Below, in pieces: positions 61,133-64,000 of a stretch of DNA of 64,000 nucleotides (the first letter of the stretch is position 1; every line of letters starts with the position of its first letter). Origin of the DNA: Octopus vulgaris (lineage: Eukaryota); contig OX597823.1 in the NCBI GenBank assembly GCA_951406725.2, positions 32,116,001-32,180,000 on the forward strand, in the 5' to 3' direction. A model generated the notes under the pieces. The model was not told the DNA's origin. It saw only the letters and a list, made by a program, of their open reading frames with translations, and ran no database searches. A program made the translations under genes and the position numbers.

Positions 61133-62149
61133 GTAATTGTTGTTCTTATATTTGGTGATGTCTGTATTATATTTATGTATTATGTTGGTGATATTATTAT
61201 TATTATCATTATTATTATTACGGGCTCATAGGTGCTGGTGCCATGTAAAATGCACCCATGCTAGTATTGCATAAAAGCACCTAGTACATTTTGTGAAGTG
61301 GTTGGCATAAGGAAGGTCATCCAGTCATAGAAACCATGCTAAAACAGACATGGATCCTGGACAGCTCCTGTTAAACCATCCAACCCATGCTATCATGGAA
61401 AAAGGATTATCTTGGGGTTAGTAGCCCACGCTCTTAACCACTATGCCACATGCCCTTAGGAATGAGAACCCAAGTTTGAAATTTCCCCAATACACCTGAT
61501 GAAGGCTGGAGGGTATATCAGCTGAGACATTGTGTTAACAACAAACAAGATGACAAATATCCATCAAATGTAAATAATGTACATAATTCCTCATCTCTTA
61601 AATATAGAACTGTATTGGAAAAAGGATGTTGGCACTTGAAAAGCACCATTTGAGCATTGGGCCCCATGGTGAACGAGACCTTTGGTGATATACTGTGCTT
61701 ATGTAGACCTGTCAAGCCTAGTGAGGCCATAGTCGTGGCCGATGCTAGTGTCAGGTCAATGGCATATAAAAAACACCCACTACATTCTCGGAGTGGTTGG
61801 TATTAGGAAAGGCATCCAGCTGCAGAAATCTTGCCAAATCAGATTGGAATCTGGTGCAAATCCTTGGCTTACCAGTTTTCAATCAAACTGTCCAACCCAT
61901 GATTCCTAAGTATTTGTATATCTAGGTTTAGTCTAGTTCTCTTATTTCATTTTCTTTATCATCATCATCATCATCATCGTTTAACATCCACTTTCCATGC
62001 TGGCATGGGTTGGATGGTTTGACTGAGGGCTGGTAAGCCAGAAGGCTGCACCAGGCTCCAATCTGATCTGGCAAAGTTTCTACAGCTGGATTCCCTTCCT
62101 AATGCCAACCACTCCAATATTCTTATTCTTAACTAGTTTTCCTCTTTTC

Positions 62150-63540
62150 AAGGTGCTTTGGCACATTTTCTAAGCCAGATTTCATATATATTCCTTTGGT
62201 AAATCCATGTCTGTAATAATGTTTCCAGCTATTTATCATTTGCAGCATGCAGTTTTAGATCATCCATATACAAGGAATGGTTGATTGTTTTGCCATAGAA
62301 GTTGTATCCATGTCCAATACTCTTTAGTATGTCTGTGAAAGGTATCAGTGCCAGACGGAAAAGGAGTGGAGAGAGCAAGTCTCCTTAGAATATTCCTCTT
62401 CTAATGGAATGGTTTTAGCTTTTATAATTCCCTCTTTTGTCAGTAACTGCTGTTGTTTTTATTATTATTATATCTTGGGTTTTGTTGGAACTCCTGGAGT
62501 CTTGCATGCATAGCGGGCTTCCTACCTGGTGCCTACAGTACCATACAATCTGTTCTTTTCAATTATCTAATACGTACCTGATTATTCCGGCCATGCCAAG
62601 GAGGCAAACCTTTTGTAACAGTTCTGCTGGGCATTCTATTCCGATTTCCTTTATATTCCTTTTGATGCTTTCTGATACTGTCCCCAAGGATCCAACAATA
62701 ATTGGCACTACCTTCACCTTCTTCATTTTCCACAGTTCATCTATCTGATATTTAAGAGAACTTTATTATTATTATGTGATGAAAACTCACAGCTTATTAC
62801 GCTGGGTATGATGGAAAGTGTCAGCTGTCCACAATCAGCAGACTAAGGTGACACTTCCTTACTGGTCATACTTCAAGAACTCTGCTAAGAAATCTTGCAG
62901 TTCCTAACAATGCTGATTCTTGCAGGTGTTATATCTTTACATTTATACCAATCTTTTTCAGTCATGTTGGTAGTTGGGTGCTAATACTTCCAAATGTGCC
63001 AATTACTATTGGTTCCATGTCTACTCTCATTGACCACAACCTGCGTATTTCCCACTTCATCATAGTTGTTCAGTTTTTCTTCTTTGTCTTTGATCCTGTT
63101 TGTCACCGAGACATACTATGTCAATTATCATGCATGTTCTTTCTTTTTTATTAACCACAACAATGTCCGGTTTCCAATGTCTGGTCAGGCGATTGCACTG
63201 GATCCTTGCTTCCCACAGGATTTTGCAATTTTCACTCTCAGTGACTCCTTCTGAGGTTCGCTCATATCACGTCTTTGCTCTTTGTAGGCCATGATTTCCA
63301 CAGAGCTCCCAATGGATCATTCTTGCCACATTGTCATGTCGTCTTTTGTATTCACATTGTGCCAATTTCAGGCTTTCACTAATGATGTCCCATACTGTTT
63401 CACCCCTTTCACCTCACATTCTGCATTTGTCGCTGTTGGTAGCTTTGTCAATTCTGCACTTCATATAGTTAGTCCTTAACGCTTGTTCTTGAGCTGCGCA
63501 TATGAGTGCTTCTGTCTCTATCTTCAGGTCACTCCTCCTT
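62150..63540 (-). mobile_element. Cluster of degenerate R4/Dong-like LINE fragments (RT and RLE regions)
   Basis: Remnants of GI.QGD.LSPLLF..ALIP, HSLYMD.LKL, AAQEQAL, ILWEA..QCNR...HWKPDIVVV, PIVIGTFGS. Confidence 0.7.
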
Positions 63541-64000
63541 ATTATTATTAGTTTGGAGGCTGTTCTAAAGATCTGTAAATTTATAGATCTAACTCTACAG
63601 GTCTAAGTCTCCAAATATATAGATGTATAAGCTCACTATGCAGTATAGTGAGGACATGCTGTAGTATATTAGTGAAGCCTTGTGATGTTGTAGGAAGGTG
63701 TTGTTGTGTATTGTGGATCTGTGTAATATAGTAGTGAAGACATGTTGTGTGGAGAGGACAGGGGGATGGTCTTGAGGACATAAACCTGATGATGGCATAT
63801 TGTATGGTAACTGGTGTATGTTGTGTAATGTGGAAAGCAGGCTGTGAGTGTGATAGGATGGACATACTTCATCCAGTTTGCTGCCCAACTTGGTCTATTG
63901 TTATTTTAATGTTTGTAACCAAAGTTCCCTCTCTCTCTTTCGGAGAGGCACAAGCACCTACACACACGGCAGTAACTTCCACCTACCGAATTCAATCACA

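Overview
AT-rich, repeat-dense animal genomic DNA with spliceosomal GT-AG introns. The SINE/LINE/microsatellite landscape looks like an octopus (cephalopod) genome; this is an inference from the repeats, not a database result. Three protein-coding genes can be assembled by hand. (1) A 3-coding-exon, 114-aa secreted Cys-rich protein resembling DUF4787 (+, 5960-10737). (2) A complete 25-exon condensin subunit SMC2 (-, 54236->17126; 3603 nt, 1200 aa, all intron phases consistent). (3) The first four coding exons of DPH2 (+, from 54391, running off the window), head-to-head with SMC2 with only 154 bp between the ATGs. The rest is mostly RTE-, R4/Dong- and Penelope-type retroelement fragments, tRNA-derived SINEs, Helitron/hAT/piggyBac-type non-autonomous elements and simple repeats. 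The most interesting observation is a unique, CpG-retaining, highly structured ~440-nt segment on the minus strand inside DPH2 intron 1, just upstream of SMC2 (about 55145->54708). It has the ordered architecture of an animal telomerase RNA: P1 helix, CCCUAAC template, pseudoknot-like domain, CR4/5-like junction, box H, terminal hairpin and box ACA. The template is unusually short and the folding was done by eye, so this is a candidate. Several decayed minimal hammerhead-ribozyme motifs in palindromic Penelope-type repeats were also seen.
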